Of a stretch of 64,000 nucleotides of DNA, positions 1-14,100 are shown in pieces (the first letter of the stretch is position 1; each line of letters begins with the position of its first letter). The DNA is from Escherichia coli (GTDB lineage: Bacteria > Pseudomonadota > Gammaproteobacteria > Enterobacterales > Enterobacteriaceae), in NCBI RefSeq assembly GCF_048403405.1, contig NZ_CP183129.1; one strand, given 5' to 3'. The position numbers and the translations under genes were made by a program. The notes beneath the pieces were generated by a model. That model made no database searches. It was not told the origin of the DNA and worked only from the letters and a program-made list of their open reading frames with translations.

Positions 1-1
1 G

Positions 2-574
2 TATGAACAGGGCGAAATTGTTATCAACGGCGAGAAAATCACGCGCCCCGATTACGGCGACATGCTGAAACGCGGCATTGGCTATACGCCAGAAAACCGC
101 AAAGAAGCGGGGATCATTCCCTGGCTGGGCGTTGACGAAAATACAGTGCTGACCAATCGGCAAAAAATCAGCGCCAACGGTGTGCTGCAATGGTCCACCA
201 TCCGCCGCCTGACCGAAGAGGTGATGCAGCGGATGACGGTCAAGGCCGCCAGTAGCGAAACGCCCATCGGCACGCTTTCTGGCGGCAATCAGCAAAAAGT
301 GGTGATCGGTCGTTGGGTCTATGCCGCCAGCCAGATTTTGTTGCTCGACGAGCCAACGCGTGGCGTCGATATCGAAGCCAAACAGCAGATTTACCGTATT
401 GTCCGCGAGCTGGCTGCCGAAGGAAAAAGTGTGGTGTTTATCTCCAGTGAAGTGGAGGAGTTGCCGCTGGTGTGTGACCGCATCCTGTTATTACAGCACG
501 GTACGTTCTCGCAGGAGTTTCACTCGCCGGTCAATGTGGATGAGCTGATGTCCGCCATTCTGTCTGTGCACTGA
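2..574 (+). CDS. yphE: ABC transporter ATP-binding protein, C-terminal part (5' end outside window)
   Basis: Open frame runs from window edge to TGA at 572-574; ABC signature region (LSGGNQQKV) and Walker B (LLLDEPTRGVD); followed by permease as in K-12 yph cluster. Confidence 0.85.
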   Translation, partial: YEQGEIVINGEKITRPDYGDMLKRGIGYTPENRKEAGIIPWLGVDENTVLTNRQKISANGVLQWSTIRRLTEEVMQRMTVKAASSETPIGTLSGGNQQKVVIGRWVYAASQILLLDEPTRGVDIEAKQQIYRIVRELAAEGKSVVFISSEVEELPLVCDRILLLQHGTFSQEFHSPVNVDELMSAILSVH

Positions 575-598
575 TGAATTTTACCGAGGAACCTGAAG

Positions 599-1597
599 AT
601 GTCTGCTTCGTCATTACCATTGCCGCAGGGCAAGAGCGTCTCGCTCAAACAATTTGTCAGTCGCCATATTAATGAGATCGGTTTGCTGGTGGTGATCGCC
701 ATTCTTTATCTGGTCTTCTCTCTGAACGCGCCGGGTTTTATCTCATTGAATAACCAGATGAACGTGCTGCGCGATGCCGCCACCATTGGGATTGCCGCCT
801 GGGCGATGACGCTGATTATTATCTCCGGAGAAATTGATGTCAGCGTTGGGCCGATGGTGGCTTTTGTCTCGGTGTGCCTGGCATTTTTGCTGCAATTTGA
901 AGTTCCGCTGGCGATAGCTTGTCTGCTGGTGTTGCTGTTAGGCGCGCTGATGGGAACGCTGGCCGGGGTGCTGCGCGGCGTGTTTAACGTGCCAAGTTTT
1001 GTTGCCACGCTGGGTTTATGGAGCGCCCTGCGCGGAATGGGGCTGTTTATGACGAACGCCTTGCCAGTGCCGATTGACGAAAACGAAGTGCTGGACTGGC
1101 TGGGGGGACAATTTCTCGGTGTGCCGGTATCCGCGCTGATCATGATGGTGTTGTTTGCGCTGTTTGTGTTCATCAGCCGCAAAACCGCCTTCGGGCGCTC
1201 GGTTTTTGCTGTTGGCGGTAATGCCACTGCAGCACAGTTGTGCGGTATTAACGTTCGTCGGGTACGCATTCTTATTTTTACCCTTTCGGGATTATTAGCG
1301 GCGGTGACCGGCATTTTGTTGGCGGCGCGCCTCGGTTCCGGTAACGCAGGTGCCGCAAACGGTCTGGAGTTTGACGTCATCGCCGCGGTCGTGGTTGGCG
1401 GTACGGCGCTTTCCGGTGGTCGCGGCTCGTTGTTCGGTACGCTGCTTGGCGTACTGGTGATTACGCTAATCGGTAACGGTCTGGTGCTGCTCGGGATTAA
1501 CTCCTTTTTCCAGCAGGTGGTGCGCGGCGTCATCATCGTGGTGGCGGTGCTGGCGAATATCTTGCTGACTCAGCGAAGCAGTAAAGCGAAACGCTAA
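599..1597 (+). CDS. yphD: ABC transporter permease (sugar-type, multi-pass membrane)
   Basis: 332-aa hydrophobic ORF directly downstream of ATPase; matches YphD length and context. Confidence 0.9.
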   Translation: MSASSLPLPQGKSVSLKQFVSRHINEIGLLVVIAILYLVFSLNAPGFISLNNQMNVLRDAATIGIAAWAMTLIIISGEIDVSVGPMVAFVSVCLAFLLQFEVPLAIACLLVLLLGALMGTLAGVLRGVFNVPSFVATLGLWSALRGMGLFMTNALPVPIDENEVLDWLGGQFLGVPVSALIMMVLFALFVFISRKTAFGRSVFAVGGNATAAQLCGINVRRVRILIFTLSGLLAAVTGILLAARLGSGNAGAANGLEFDVIAAVVVGGTALSGGRGSLFGTLLGVLVITLIGNGLVLLGINSFFQQVVRGVIIVVAVLANILLTQRSSKAKR

Positions 1598-1662
1598 ACC
1601 TTAACGCCCCTGGCGCGGGTGCGGCAGGGATGAAAATTAATCGTATTGTTAATGAGGGATTT

Positions 1663-2724
1663 ATGAAAACGATGCTGGCAGCTTATTTACCAGGAAATTC
1701 GACCGTCGATCTGCGGGAAGTTGCGGTGCCGACGCCGGGGATTAACCAGGTACTGATCAAAATGAAATCCTCCGGGATTTGCGGAAGTGATGTCCACTAT
1801 ATCTATCATCAACACCGTGCCACGGCAGCGGCACCCGATAAACCGTTATACCAGGGATTTATCAACGGTCATGAACCGTGCGGGCAAATTGTGGAGATGG
1901 GGCAAGGCTGCCGCCATTTTAAAGAGGGCGACCGCGTGCTGGTGTATCACATTTCTGGCTGTGGTTTTTGCCCGAACTGCCGCCGCGGCTTTCCTATCTC
2001 TTGTACTGGCAAAGGAAAAGCGGCTTACGGCTGGCAGCGTGACGGCGGCCATGCTGAATACCTGCTGGCGGAAGAAAAAGATCTGATCCTGCTCCCGGAC
2101 GCGCTGAGCTATGAAGATGGTGCGTTTATCAGTTGCGGCGTTGGTACAGCGTATGAAGGGATTTTGCGCGGCGAAGTTTCCGGCAGTGATAACGTGCTGG
2201 TGGTCGGTCTGGGGCCGGTCGGCATGATGGCGATGATGCTGGCGAAAGGTCGCGGTGCAAAACGGATCATCGGCGTTGATATGCTGCCGGAACGTCTGGC
2301 GATGGCGAAACAGTTAGGGGTGATGGATCACGGCTATTTAGCAACCACCGAAGGTCTGCCGCAGATTATCGCCGAACTCACCCACGGTGGCGCGGATGTT
2401 GCGCTCGATTGTTCCGGTAATGCCGCAGGTCGCTTACTGGCGTTGCAATCCACTGCTGACTGGGGACGGGTGGTTTACATCGGAGAAACCGGAAAAGTGG
2501 AGTTCGAGGTTAGCGCCGATCTGATGCATCATCAACGGCGGATTATTGGCTCCTGGGTAACCAGTTTGTTCCATATGGAAAAATGTGCCCACGATTTGAC
2601 TGACTGGAAACTGTGGCCGCGTAATGCCATTACCCATCGCTTCACGCTGGAACAGGCAGGAGATGCCTATGCGCTGATGGCGAGCGGTAAATGCGGGAAA
2701 GTTGTGATTAACTTCCCGGATTAA
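1663..2724 (+). CDS. yphC: Zn-dependent alcohol dehydrogenase family oxidoreductase
   Basis: GHEPCG zinc-ADH motif, GLGPVG Rossmann motif; start chosen at ATG 1663 (GAGGG RBS upstream) giving 353 aa; ORF-track start 1630 probably too long. Confidence 0.88.
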   Translation: MKTMLAAYLPGNSTVDLREVAVPTPGINQVLIKMKSSGICGSDVHYIYHQHRATAAAPDKPLYQGFINGHEPCGQIVEMGQGCRHFKEGDRVLVYHISGCGFCPNCRRGFPISCTGKGKAAYGWQRDGGHAEYLLAEEKDLILLPDALSYEDGAFISCGVGTAYEGILRGEVSGSDNVLVVGLGPVGMMAMMLAKGRGAKRIIGVDMLPERLAMAKQLGVMDHGYLATTEGLPQIIAELTHGGADVALDCSGNAAGRLLALQSTADWGRVVYIGETGKVEFEVSADLMHHQRRIIGSWVTSLFHMEKCAHDLTDWKLWPRNAITHRFTLEQAGDAYALMASGKCGKVVINFPD

Positions 2725-2735
2725 GGAGTCAGCGG

Positions 2736-3608
2736 ATGACCATCTATACGTTATCTCACGGGCCGCTAGAGCTGGACGTTTCTGACCGGGGCGGCGTCAT
2801 CGAAGGCTTCTGGCGTGACGCGACGCCGCTCTTACGTCCCGGTAAAAAAAGCGGTGTGGCAACCGATGCCTCTTGTTTTCCGCTGGTGCCGTTTGCAAAC
2901 CGGGTGAGCGGCAATCGTTTTGTCTGGCAGGGGCGTGAGTATCAACTGCAACCGAATGTTGAGTGGGATGCGCACTATCTGCACGGCGACGGCTGGCTGG
3001 GGCAGTGGCAATGTGTCTCGCGCAGCGAAGATAGCTTGTGTCTGGTGTATGAACATCGCAGCGGTGTTTATCACTATCGGGTAAGTCAGGCGTTTCATTT
3101 AACGGCAGATACGCTGACGGTGACGCTCTCTGTCACCAATCAAGGGGCAGAGACGCTGCCATTTGGTACCGGCTGGCATCCTTATTTTCCGTTGTCACCA
3201 CAAACGCGGATTCAGGCGCAGGCGAGCGGTTACTGGCTGGAGCGGGAGCAGTGGCTGGCGGGTGAGTTTTGCGAGCAGCTACCGCAGGAACTGGATTTCA
3301 ACCAGCTCGCGCCGTTGCCGCGCCAGTGGGTGAACAATGGTTTTGCCGGATGGAATGGTCAGGCTCGCATCGAGCAGCCGCAGGAGGGTTATGCCATCAT
3401 CATGGAAACGACGCCACCTGCACCATGTTATTTCATCTTTGTTTCCGACCCGGCGTTTGATAAAGGATATGCGTTTGATTTCTTCTGTCTGGAACCGATG
3501 AGCCATGCGCCGGATGACCATCATCGCCCGGAAGGTGGTGATCTCATTGCGCTTGCACCAGGGGAATCAACAACTTCAGAGATGTCGTTGCGGGTTGCGT
3601 TACTGTAA
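2736..3608 (+). CDS. yphB: Aldose 1-epimerase family protein
   Basis: 290-aa ORF, length and synteny equal to YphB. Confidence 0.88.
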   Translation: MTIYTLSHGPLELDVSDRGGVIEGFWRDATPLLRPGKKSGVATDASCFPLVPFANRVSGNRFVWQGREYQLQPNVEWDAHYLHGDGWLGQWQCVSRSEDSLCLVYEHRSGVYHYRVSQAFHLTADTLTVTLSVTNQGAETLPFGTGWHPYFPLSPQTRIQAQASGYWLEREQWLAGEFCEQLPQELDFNQLAPLPRQWVNNGFAGWNGQARIEQPQEGYAIIMETTPPAPCYFIFVSDPAFDKGYAFDFFCLEPMSHAPDDHHRPEGGDLIALAPGESTTSEMSLRVALL

Positions 3609-3618
3609 TTTATAAAAT

Positions 3619-3649
3619 GCCGGATAAGGCGTTCACGCCGCATCCGGCA
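3619..3649. repeat. REP (repetitive extragenic palindromic) element
   Basis: gccggataaggcgttcacgccgcatccggc, canonical E. coli REP palindrome between convergent yphB and yphA. Confidence 0.8.
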
Positions 3650-3655
3650 TCTTTC

Positions 3656-4078
3656 CTAACGCCGATCGAGAGAAATCGCCCCCGGCCCGGTAATTGCCAA
3701 CAGCAGGAATGCGCCAGCGATACTGACATTCTTCCAGAAATTAATCATATTTGGCCCAACCGCATCGCCGGTCATATCCCAGTAATGGTGACCAATCACC
3801 GCCGTACCCAGCGTGTAGAAAATAAACAGCACCGCCAGCGGACGGGTGAAAAAGCCAAGCACGATTAATATCGCGGCGGGCACTTCCATAACTACCGCAA
3901 TAATCGCTGCCAGCATCGGCATTGGCGCGCCCAGCGAGGCCATATATTGGACCGTACCGTCAAAACCCATCATTTTGGGAAAACCAAAAATAATGAAAAT
4001 TAAGACCACGGCGATACGGGCAATTAATAACAAAACGGGGCGTGCAGCACCAAAATCAAAATAACGTAGTGAGTTCAT
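3656..4078 (-). CDS. yphA: DoxX-family inner membrane protein
   Basis: Hydrophobic 140-aa product from ATG at 4078 (MNSLRYFDF...); ORF-track start 4150 likely upstream extension. Confidence 0.85.
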   Translation of the reverse strand: MNSLRYFDFGAARPVLLLIARIAVVLIFIIFGFPKMMGFDGTVQYMASLGAPMPMLAAIIAVVMEVPAAILIVLGFFTRPLAVLFIFYTLGTAVIGHHYWDMTGDAVGPNMINFWKNVSIAGAFLLLAITGPGAISLDRR

Positions 4079-4174
4079 AACCAATCCCTTTGCAAGATAA
4101 TGTGATTTAAACGTAATACACACTCTTGCACCTCGCCACGCCCCAGGCATTGAGATATTCGCTAATTATCCTGG

Positions 4175-5386
<1,212 letters not shown>

Positions 5387-6199
5387 TTAAAGATCCAGCC
5401 CAGCCGCTACGTGGCGAATGCCGCGAATCGCTAAACCCGCATCAGCGTTGATCATCACACCGCTTAATGCGCGATTATTGCGCCGCGATGCCAACATCAC
5501 ATACGGACCCGTAAAATCCGCCGGTTGCGGGAAAAATTGCAGCGGTAAAATGGCGGCAATTTTCTCCGGCGTCAGAGACTGCATTATCGAGGTTTCACTT
5601 TGCCCGAGCGCCTGTGGGCCGCGCAGGTCGCTGGCCATACCACACGGGCCGACGCCATTCACCCGCACTTTCGGTGCCAGTTCATAAGCCAGTTGGCGAA
5701 TAAGTCCGGTTGCGGCATGTTTACTGGCGGTGTACAGCGGGCCACCGCCGCCGGGATACCAGGCGGCATTTGACAGTGTGAAAATCATGCTGCCTTCACT
5801 GGCGATTAACGCCGGAGCGCAGGCTTTTGCGCCCAGCAGGTAACCGAGTACGTTGACGTTAAACAGCTCGTGGAAGCCAGTTTCGAGCGTCTCTGCGGGA
5901 GTATTAACCAGTGAGGCATTGTGATCCCAGATGCCCGCATTGCCGATAAAACAATCCAGCTTGCCAGAACGAGTCAGGATCTGATCGACCGCGCGTTGAT
6001 AATCGGCATAGCAGGTCACGTTACCTTCCACCGCCAGAATATGTTCGCCAAATCGCTGACGCAGACTGGCGACTTTTGCCGCCGACAGTTCCAGCGTGGC
6101 AACCTGCGCGCCTTCTTCGATAAATCGCTCGACCAGCGCCAGGCCTAATCCCGATCCGCCGCCGGTAATAAAGATGGACTCGTTATGCAGATCGCTCAT
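5387..6199 (-). CDS. hcaB: 2,3-dihydroxy-2,3-dihydrophenylpropionate dehydrogenase (SDR family)
   Basis: 270 aa, SDR glycine motif TGGGSGLG near N-terminus; hca synteny. Confidence 0.92.
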
Positions 6200-6515
6200 G
6201 GCTGCGCCTCCGGTAAGTCGATGAAGATGTCACCACCTTCAACGTGTACTGGATAAGTGGTTAGCGGATCGGTGGCGGGCAGGCATAACGCTTTCCCCGT
6301 TTTCAGGCAAAAACTGGCGGCGTGCAGCGGGCACTCCACCGTGGCGTCATCTTCCAGATACCCTTCTGACATCGACGCATTACCATGGCTGCAACGATCG
6401 TTAATGGCATAAAACTCGCCGCCTACGTTGAACAGGGCGATGACGGGCGAGGTATCGATCCGGAGAGCCTCACCCTCCGGCACATCCGCAACGGGACACG
6501 CATAAATTCGATTCA

Positions 6516-6516
<1 letters not shown>
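6196..6516 (-). CDS. hcaC: Rieske-type ferredoxin subunit of 3-phenylpropionate dioxygenase
   Basis: 106 aa with CSH...CPLH Rieske ligands; 4-bp overlap with hcaB start. Confidence 0.92.
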
Positions 6517-8527
<2,011 letters not shown>

Positions 8528-9418
8528 ATGGAACTACGGCATTTACGCTATTTCGTCGCAGTGGCGCAGGCACTGAACTTTACCCGTGCGGCGGAAAAAC
8601 TGCATACCTCACAGCCTTCGTTAAGCAGCCAGATCCGCGATCTTGAAAACTGTGTCGGTGTTCCGTTGCTGGTGAGGGATAAGCGCAAAGTCGCGTTGAC
8701 GGCGGCGGGAGAATGTTTTCTCCAGGACGCGCTGGCAATCCTCGAACAAGCGGAAAATGCCAAATTACGGGCGCGGAAAATTGTTCAGGAAGACAGACAA
8801 TTAACCATTGGCTTTGTGCCATCGGCGGAAGTGAATTTACTGCCAAAAGTATTACCGATGTTTCGTCTCAGACAGCCAGACACCTTAATTGAGCTGGTGA
8901 GTTTAATCACCACGGAACAGGAAGAAAAAATTCGCCGTGGTGAACTCGACGTCGGCTTAATGCGCCATCCTGTTTATAGCCCGGAGATTGATTATCTGGA
9001 GCTTTTTGACGAACCATTAGTGGTGGTGTTACCGGTTGATCACCCTTTAGCACATGAAAAAGAGATCACCGCCGCGCAACTGGATGGCGTGAATTTCGTC
9101 AGTACTGATCCTGCGTATTCCGGTTCGCTTGCGCCGATCGTTAAAGCGTGGTTTGCGCAAGAAAACAGCCAGCCAAATATCGTCCAGGTAGCAACGAATA
9201 TTCTGGTGACCATGAATCTGGTGGGGATGGGGCTGGGCGTCACTTTGATACCCGGTTATATGAATAATTTTAATACCGGCCAGGTGGTATTTCGACCCAT
9301 TGCCGGAAATGTGCCTTCCATTGCTTTACTGATGGCGTGGAAGAAAGGGGAGATGAAGCCGGCATTACGCGATTTCATCGCCATTGTGCAGGAACGTTTG
9401 GCAAGCGTAACGGCATAA
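8528..9418 (+). CDS. hcaR: LysR-family transcriptional activator of hca operon
   Basis: MELRHLRYFVAVAQ... LysR HTH N-terminus; 296 aa from ATG 8528; ORF-track start 8435 is an upstream in-frame extension. Confidence 0.92.
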   Translation: MELRHLRYFVAVAQALNFTRAAEKLHTSQPSLSSQIRDLENCVGVPLLVRDKRKVALTAAGECFLQDALAILEQAENAKLRARKIVQEDRQLTIGFVPSAEVNLLPKVLPMFRLRQPDTLIELVSLITTEQEEKIRRGELDVGLMRHPVYSPEIDYLELFDEPLVVVLPVDHPLAHEKEITAAQLDGVNFVSTDPAYSGSLAPIVKAWFAQENSQPNIVQVATNILVTMNLVGMGLGVTLIPGYMNNFNTGQVVFRPIAGNVPSIALLMAWKKGEMKPALRDFIAIVQERLASVTA

Positions 9419-9577
9419 TTACGCATTATTTTTGCAACATGCGTCGCGGATCGCAGTTTTTTAGTGCTTGTGAACTGGTGTTACAGACATCGGGAAGCAG
9501 GCTCGAATATTCTTATTTTTCAACTTGCACCAACATTCGATTAACCCCAGACTAACGCCTCCTGATGGGAGGGACTC

Positions 9578-10717
9578 ATGGTTTTGCAATCCACGCGCTG
9601 GTTGGCGCTCGGCTATTTCACATACTTTTTTAGTTACGGCATTTTTCTACCTTTCTGGAGCGTCTGGCTTAAAGGGATTGGTTTAACGCCAGAAACCATC
9701 GGCCTGTTATTGGGGGCAGGTCTGGTTGCCCGTTTTCTCGGGAGTTTGCTCATCGCGCCCCGCGTCAGCGATCCTTCTCGCCTGATTTCCGCCTTGCGCG
9801 TGCTGGCACTGCTGACACTTCTCTTTGCTGTCGCCTTCTGGGCGGGGGCGCACGTAGCGTGGCTGATGCTGGTGATGATTGGCTTTAACCTCTTTTTCTC
9901 ACCGCTGGTACCGTTGACCGATGCACTGGCGAATACGTGGCAAAAGCAGTTCCCGCTTGATTACGGCAAAGTGCGACTGTGGGGCTCGGTGGCGTTTGTC
10001 ATTGGCTCGGCGCTGACGGGCAAACTGGTCACTATGTTTGATTATCGGGTGATCCTCGCGCTGTTGACGTTGGGCGTGGCATCCATGCTGCTCGGCTTTC
10101 TCATCCGTCCGACGATTCAGCCACAAGGGGCAAGCCGCCAGCAGGAGAGCACCGGTTGGTCAGCGTGGTTGGCGCTGGTTCGCCAGAACTGGCGCTTTCT
10201 GGCCTGCGTTTGTTTATTGCAGGGGGCGCATGCGGCCTATTACGGTTTTAGCGCCATTTACTGGCAGGCCGCTGGCTACTCGGCCTCGGCGGTGGGCTAT
10301 TTGTGGTCGCTGGGCGTGGTGGCGGAAGTCATTATCTTTGCGCTGAGTAATAAACTTTTCCGCCGTTGTAGTGCACGCGATATGCTGTTGATCTCAGCGA
10401 TTTGCGGCGTAGTGCGCTGGGGCATTATGGGAGCAACTACGGCGTTGCCGTGGTTGATAGTGGTGCAAATTCTGCATTGTGGCACCTTCACGGTCTGCCA
10501 CCTGGCCGCCATGCGCTATATTGCCGCTCGCCAGGGTAGCGAAGTCATCCGTTTACAGGCGGTTTACTCTGCCGTCGCGATGGGCGGCAGTATCGCGATC
10601 ATGACCGTTTTCGCCGGTTTCCTGTATCAATATCTGGGCCACGGCGTGTTCTGGGTGATGGCGCTGGTGGCGCTTCCGGCAATGTTTTTGCGCCCGAAAG
10701 TTGTTCCCTCATGCTGA
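9578..10717 (+). CDS. hcaT: MFS transporter (3-phenylpropionate transporter family)
   Basis: 379-aa polytopic membrane protein adjacent to hcaR. Confidence 0.9.
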   Translation: MVLQSTRWLALGYFTYFFSYGIFLPFWSVWLKGIGLTPETIGLLLGAGLVARFLGSLLIAPRVSDPSRLISALRVLALLTLLFAVAFWAGAHVAWLMLVMIGFNLFFSPLVPLTDALANTWQKQFPLDYGKVRLWGSVAFVIGSALTGKLVTMFDYRVILALLTLGVASMLLGFLIRPTIQPQGASRQQESTGWSAWLALVRQNWRFLACVCLLQGAHAAYYGFSAIYWQAAGYSASAVGYLWSLGVVAEVIIFALSNKLFRRCSARDMLLISAICGVVRWGIMGATTALPWLIVVQILHCGTFTVCHLAAMRYIAARQGSEVIRLQAVYSAVAMGGSIAIMTVFAGFLYQYLGHGVFWVMALVALPAMFLRPKVVPSC

Positions 10718-11989
10718 TTCGAGCATTTTGCGGATCTGCTCCTGTTGATGTGTTGTCAACGTCAGGTCCGTATAGATCAGCGGTGGTGAAAAGAGCGGTA
10801 ACGGCATAGTATAAGGAGCAATAATCAGTGCCGCGCTGCGCGGAGCGCCTGTCTGCAAAAATGCCTTTACCGACATATGTTTAATATTGAGCGGCAGTAA
10901 CGTTAGTTCGCGTAGCTGCTGCTCAATCTGCGCTTCTCGCTCGCTATCATTCCCGGTCAGTAGAATAATCTGTTTCTCATGCAGGTCGTTTTCCTGCATT
11001 AGCCAGGCACCGAAAATCACCGCGACCAGACCGCTTTCCTCATCAGAAAGATGGACGCCGTATTCACTTTCAAATCCGGCCAGCGCCGCGCGGGTGGTGC
11101 GCACCAGGCGTGGATACAGGCGGGCGAACTCTTCCGGCAGGGTGTTATCAATACCGATGGCAAACAAACTGCGATTTAACGCCTGGGCGAGGTGGGTATA
11201 AAGCTGATCGCATAACCCCTGTTCATCATAAAAACGAACATTTCCCAGCTCACGAAAATGGTTTACCAGACGTTTGATAGACTTACGCAGTTGTCTGTCC
11301 CGCTGATGCGCATCCCGCAGTGGATCGGGAACCCGCAACATGGAAAAAAGTAATGCCATAAACAGTGGCTCATCAGGCGGTACAGGCTGGAGCGCCCGAC
11401 GCTGCCAGTGGCGTCCAATTTCCTGCGCTACCTGAAATTCAAGGCAGGATTCCGCCCAGCGACGTTGGAGCGGATTAAACTGAGGCGTAATTCCAGCGTG
11501 GTGTTGCAGCAAACAATATTGCAGATACAGACACAGGAAATGAATATCGCGCGTTTCAAAGCGTTTTTGCAGCCGTCGGGAGCAGAGATTCACTAACGCT
11601 TGTAGATTGGTATCGTCGTAAAAGTTACGCGCAATTCCGCGCCGCTTCAGTTCACTCTTCAGGGCGGGGGTGAAATGGCTGGTAATAAATGACGGACATA
11701 GACGGAAACCACGTCGTAGCCAGTGAAATAAACACAAACGTTGGTTAAGCACTGTACCTTCAACCCGGTAGCTACCGTCATAACCAGTAGTCAGTGTGAG
11801 TTGATGATAGCGCAGGATCTCACGTCCTGTTTCGCTGATATCAAGACTGGCAATATCATCATCCACACCATTAAGCTCGCTGAAAGTTGCCGTGGTGGCG
11901 GTCAACCCCGGCTGAAAGAGTGTCAGCAAGATCTGGCAGCGGCGCTGGGGAGCCGAAAGGACAGATGGTGGAGCAAGCGTAGGCATCAT
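10709..11989 (-). CDS. csiE: Stationary-phase inducible protein CsiE
   Basis: 426 aa from ATG 11989 (MMPTLAPP...); synteny between hcaT and yfhR. Confidence 0.88.
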   Translation of the reverse strand: MMPTLAPPSVLSAPQRRCQILLTLFQPGLTATTATFSELNGVDDDIASLDISETGREILRYHQLTLTTGYDGSYRVEGTVLNQRLCLFHWLRRGFRLCPSFITSHFTPALKSELKRRGIARNFYDDTNLQALVNLCSRRLQKRFETRDIHFLCLYLQYCLLQHHAGITPQFNPLQRRWAESCLEFQVAQEIGRHWQRRALQPVPPDEPLFMALLFSMLRVPDPLRDAHQRDRQLRKSIKRLVNHFRELGNVRFYDEQGLCDQLYTHLAQALNRSLFAIGIDNTLPEEFARLYPRLVRTTRAALAGFESEYGVHLSDEESGLVAVIFGAWLMQENDLHEKQIILLTGNDSEREAQIEQQLRELTLLPLNIKHMSVKAFLQTGAPRSAALIIAPYTMPLPLFSPPLIYTDLTLTTHQQEQIRKMLESA

Positions 11990-12179
11990 CTGTAGATCTC
12001 CCATAAGCATAATTGATAAGAATAGCTAAAGTTTGCTCATGGAAATGGCGAAGGGAATGCTAATCATCAGAAATGTTGGCAAGCGTCACAGAATTTTTCT
12101 CATCTTAAACTGTTCTGACCAGTGGATTAGCATGTCTTAAGGTGGTTTTGTGAATGATTATCGTGCTAGCGATCATGGG

Positions 12180-13034
12180 TTAGTTCTGCGGATTCAACGC
12201 GCTAAGGATAAAATCCACCATCTGTTCGCGATAAACATCGCCGTGACGATCGGAAAAAGCATCAATGTGTTCGCCATCCGGGATTAGGATCAACCGTTTT
12301 GGCTCTTTTGCCAGGCTATACAACTTTTCGCTGTGCTGCCATGGGATAACGTGATCAGCTTTACCGTGAATCAGTAAAAGCGGGATCGGGCTGACGCTGG
12401 CGATGTAATTTTCGCCGCTGTAACTCTCATCAAGTAAGTAGCCACTGCCGGGGATCATCTGGTTGGCGATGGTCGCATAAGAGGCAAATGTGGAGTCGAG
12501 GATCACCGCACGTATGCCTTCACGATCACCCTGACCAATAACATCCAGAATATTCGCCCCGCCAATACTCTGCCCGAACAGCACCAGCCGTTGTGGGTTT
12601 ACATCACTGCGATGGCGCACCACATTGATGGCACTTTGCGTATCGTCCAGCAATCCGGCCTGGGACGGCGTGCCTTTTGATTTACCAAACCCGCGATAAT
12701 CAAACATAAAAACGTTGAAATTACGCTCGGGTAACCAACTGACCAGCGGCCAGTGGGCGGACATATTTCCGGCATTGCCGTGAGCATGAATAATGGTGGC
12801 AATGGCATTTTCAGCGGGGCCAGTTGCAGAAGGGATAAACCAACCATGTAGGCGAGTGCCATCTTTAGCGGTGAATTCTACTGATTCGGCTGACCAGGGA
12901 TCGGGGCCGTAGATTTTGTCGTCAGGGTAATAGAAAAAATTGATGGCGATGCGCGGTATTAAATAAATGCAGAAGGCAACAACAAAGAGAATAAACAGAA
13001 TTTTGAGAACGCGTTTGTTCACTGGCAGCGCCAT
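12180..13034 (-). CDS. yfhR: Alpha/beta-hydrolase fold protein with N-terminal membrane anchor
   Basis: 284 aa from ATG 13034; GQSIGG nucleophile-elbow motif. Confidence 0.85.
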   Translation of the reverse strand: MALPVNKRVLKILFILFVVAFCIYLIPRIAINFFYYPDDKIYGPDPWSAESVEFTAKDGTRLHGWFIPSATGPAENAIATIIHAHGNAGNMSAHWPLVSWLPERNFNVFMFDYRGFGKSKGTPSQAGLLDDTQSAINVVRHRSDVNPQRLVLFGQSIGGANILDVIGQGDREGIRAVILDSTFASYATIANQMIPGSGYLLDESYSGENYIASVSPIPLLLIHGKADHVIPWQHSEKLYSLAKEPKRLILIPDGEHIDAFSDRHGDVYREQMVDFILSALNPQN

Positions 13035-13178
13035 AACCTTTCCTTGCGACTTCTTTATCATCCATTAATCGGGGAAAGATGGTGGGAGAGTGGCGAAAGA
13101 AAGTAAAGCGGTGAGGAAGTATTTCGGAATAGCGCCTGAAAGGCGAGGGCGGGTGAGTGACATCACCCGCCAGAGTCA

Positions 13179-13982
13179 TTAACGCTTCAGGGCGTCGCTT
13201 AACTCGTCACGCATGTTCGCCAGCATGGCTTTAACAACGCGCGGGTTACCAGCAACGATGTTACCGGTCAGCATGTAGTTATGACCACCGGTGAAGTCGC
13301 TGACGATGCCGCCCGCTTCACGAACCAGCAGCTCGCCTGCCGCGAAATCCCACGGACGCAGACCGATTTCAAAGAAACCGTCAACGCGACCCGCAGCAAC
13401 GTAAGCCAGATCCAGCGCCGCAGAACCGGTACGACGGAAGTCTGCACATTCGTTGAACAGTTTGCCGACGATGTTGATGTAGGTGGTGGCGTACTGTTTT
13501 GCTTTGAACGGGAAGCCGGTCGCCAGAATAGTACCGTCGAGATCGCGAGCGGTGCTGCCGCGCAGACGGTAGCCGTTCAGCTGTGCGCCCTGACCGCGAG
13601 TGGCGGTGAACAGTTCGTTACGCATAGGATCGTAAACCACAGCAACTTCAGTGCGGCCTTTGATACGAACGGCGATAGATACCGCGAAGTGCGGCAGACG
13701 TTTGATAAAGTTGGTAGTGCCATCCAGTGGATCGATAACCCATTGAACATCCTGATCAGTACCTTCAAGTTCACCGCTTTCTTCGGTGATGATGGTGTGC
13801 TGTGGGTAAGATTTACGAATCGTGTCGATAATCACCGCTTCGGCAGCTTTATCTACGTTGGTCACGAAGTCGTTACTGCCTTTCTGGCTCGCTTCTACAG
13901 CGTCCGGGGTTTCATAGTTTTTGGCAATTAAATTACCCGCCTTGCGCGCTGCGCGCACGGCGATGTTCAGCATCGGATGCAT
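13179..13982 (-). CDS. suhB: Inositol-1-monophosphatase
   Basis: 267 aa, IMPase motifs (DPLDGT, WDFAAG). Confidence 0.93.
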   Translation of the reverse strand: MHPMLNIAVRAARKAGNLIAKNYETPDAVEASQKGSNDFVTNVDKAAEAVIIDTIRKSYPQHTIITEESGELEGTDQDVQWVIDPLDGTTNFIKRLPHFAVSIAVRIKGRTEVAVVYDPMRNELFTATRGQGAQLNGYRLRGSTARDLDGTILATGFPFKAKQYATTYINIVGKLFNECADFRRTGSAALDLAYVAAGRVDGFFEIGLRPWDFAAGELLVREAGGIVSDFTGGHNYMLTGNIVAGNPRVVKAMLANMRDELSDALKR

Positions 13983-14100
13983 CGGTCTCTCTCACTGGAT
14001 GTTAAAGAACGGGAAAACGGCGCAGAGTATAGCAGCGAGATCGGCATCTGTCTTCGTTTTATGATAAGATGCGCGAATAATCTTTAGACGAAGAAAGACA

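Noticed and set aside
706-1536. 276-aa minus-strand ORF antisense to yphD, and similar long antisense ORFs at 14308-14967, 21449-22132, 33205-33825, 54804-55616, 56333-57196 and 57221-57796
   Set aside because: Each lies entirely inside a well-supported conserved gene on the opposite strand; their products are low-complexity, Arg/Pro-rich translations typical of antisense frames in GC-rich coding DNA.
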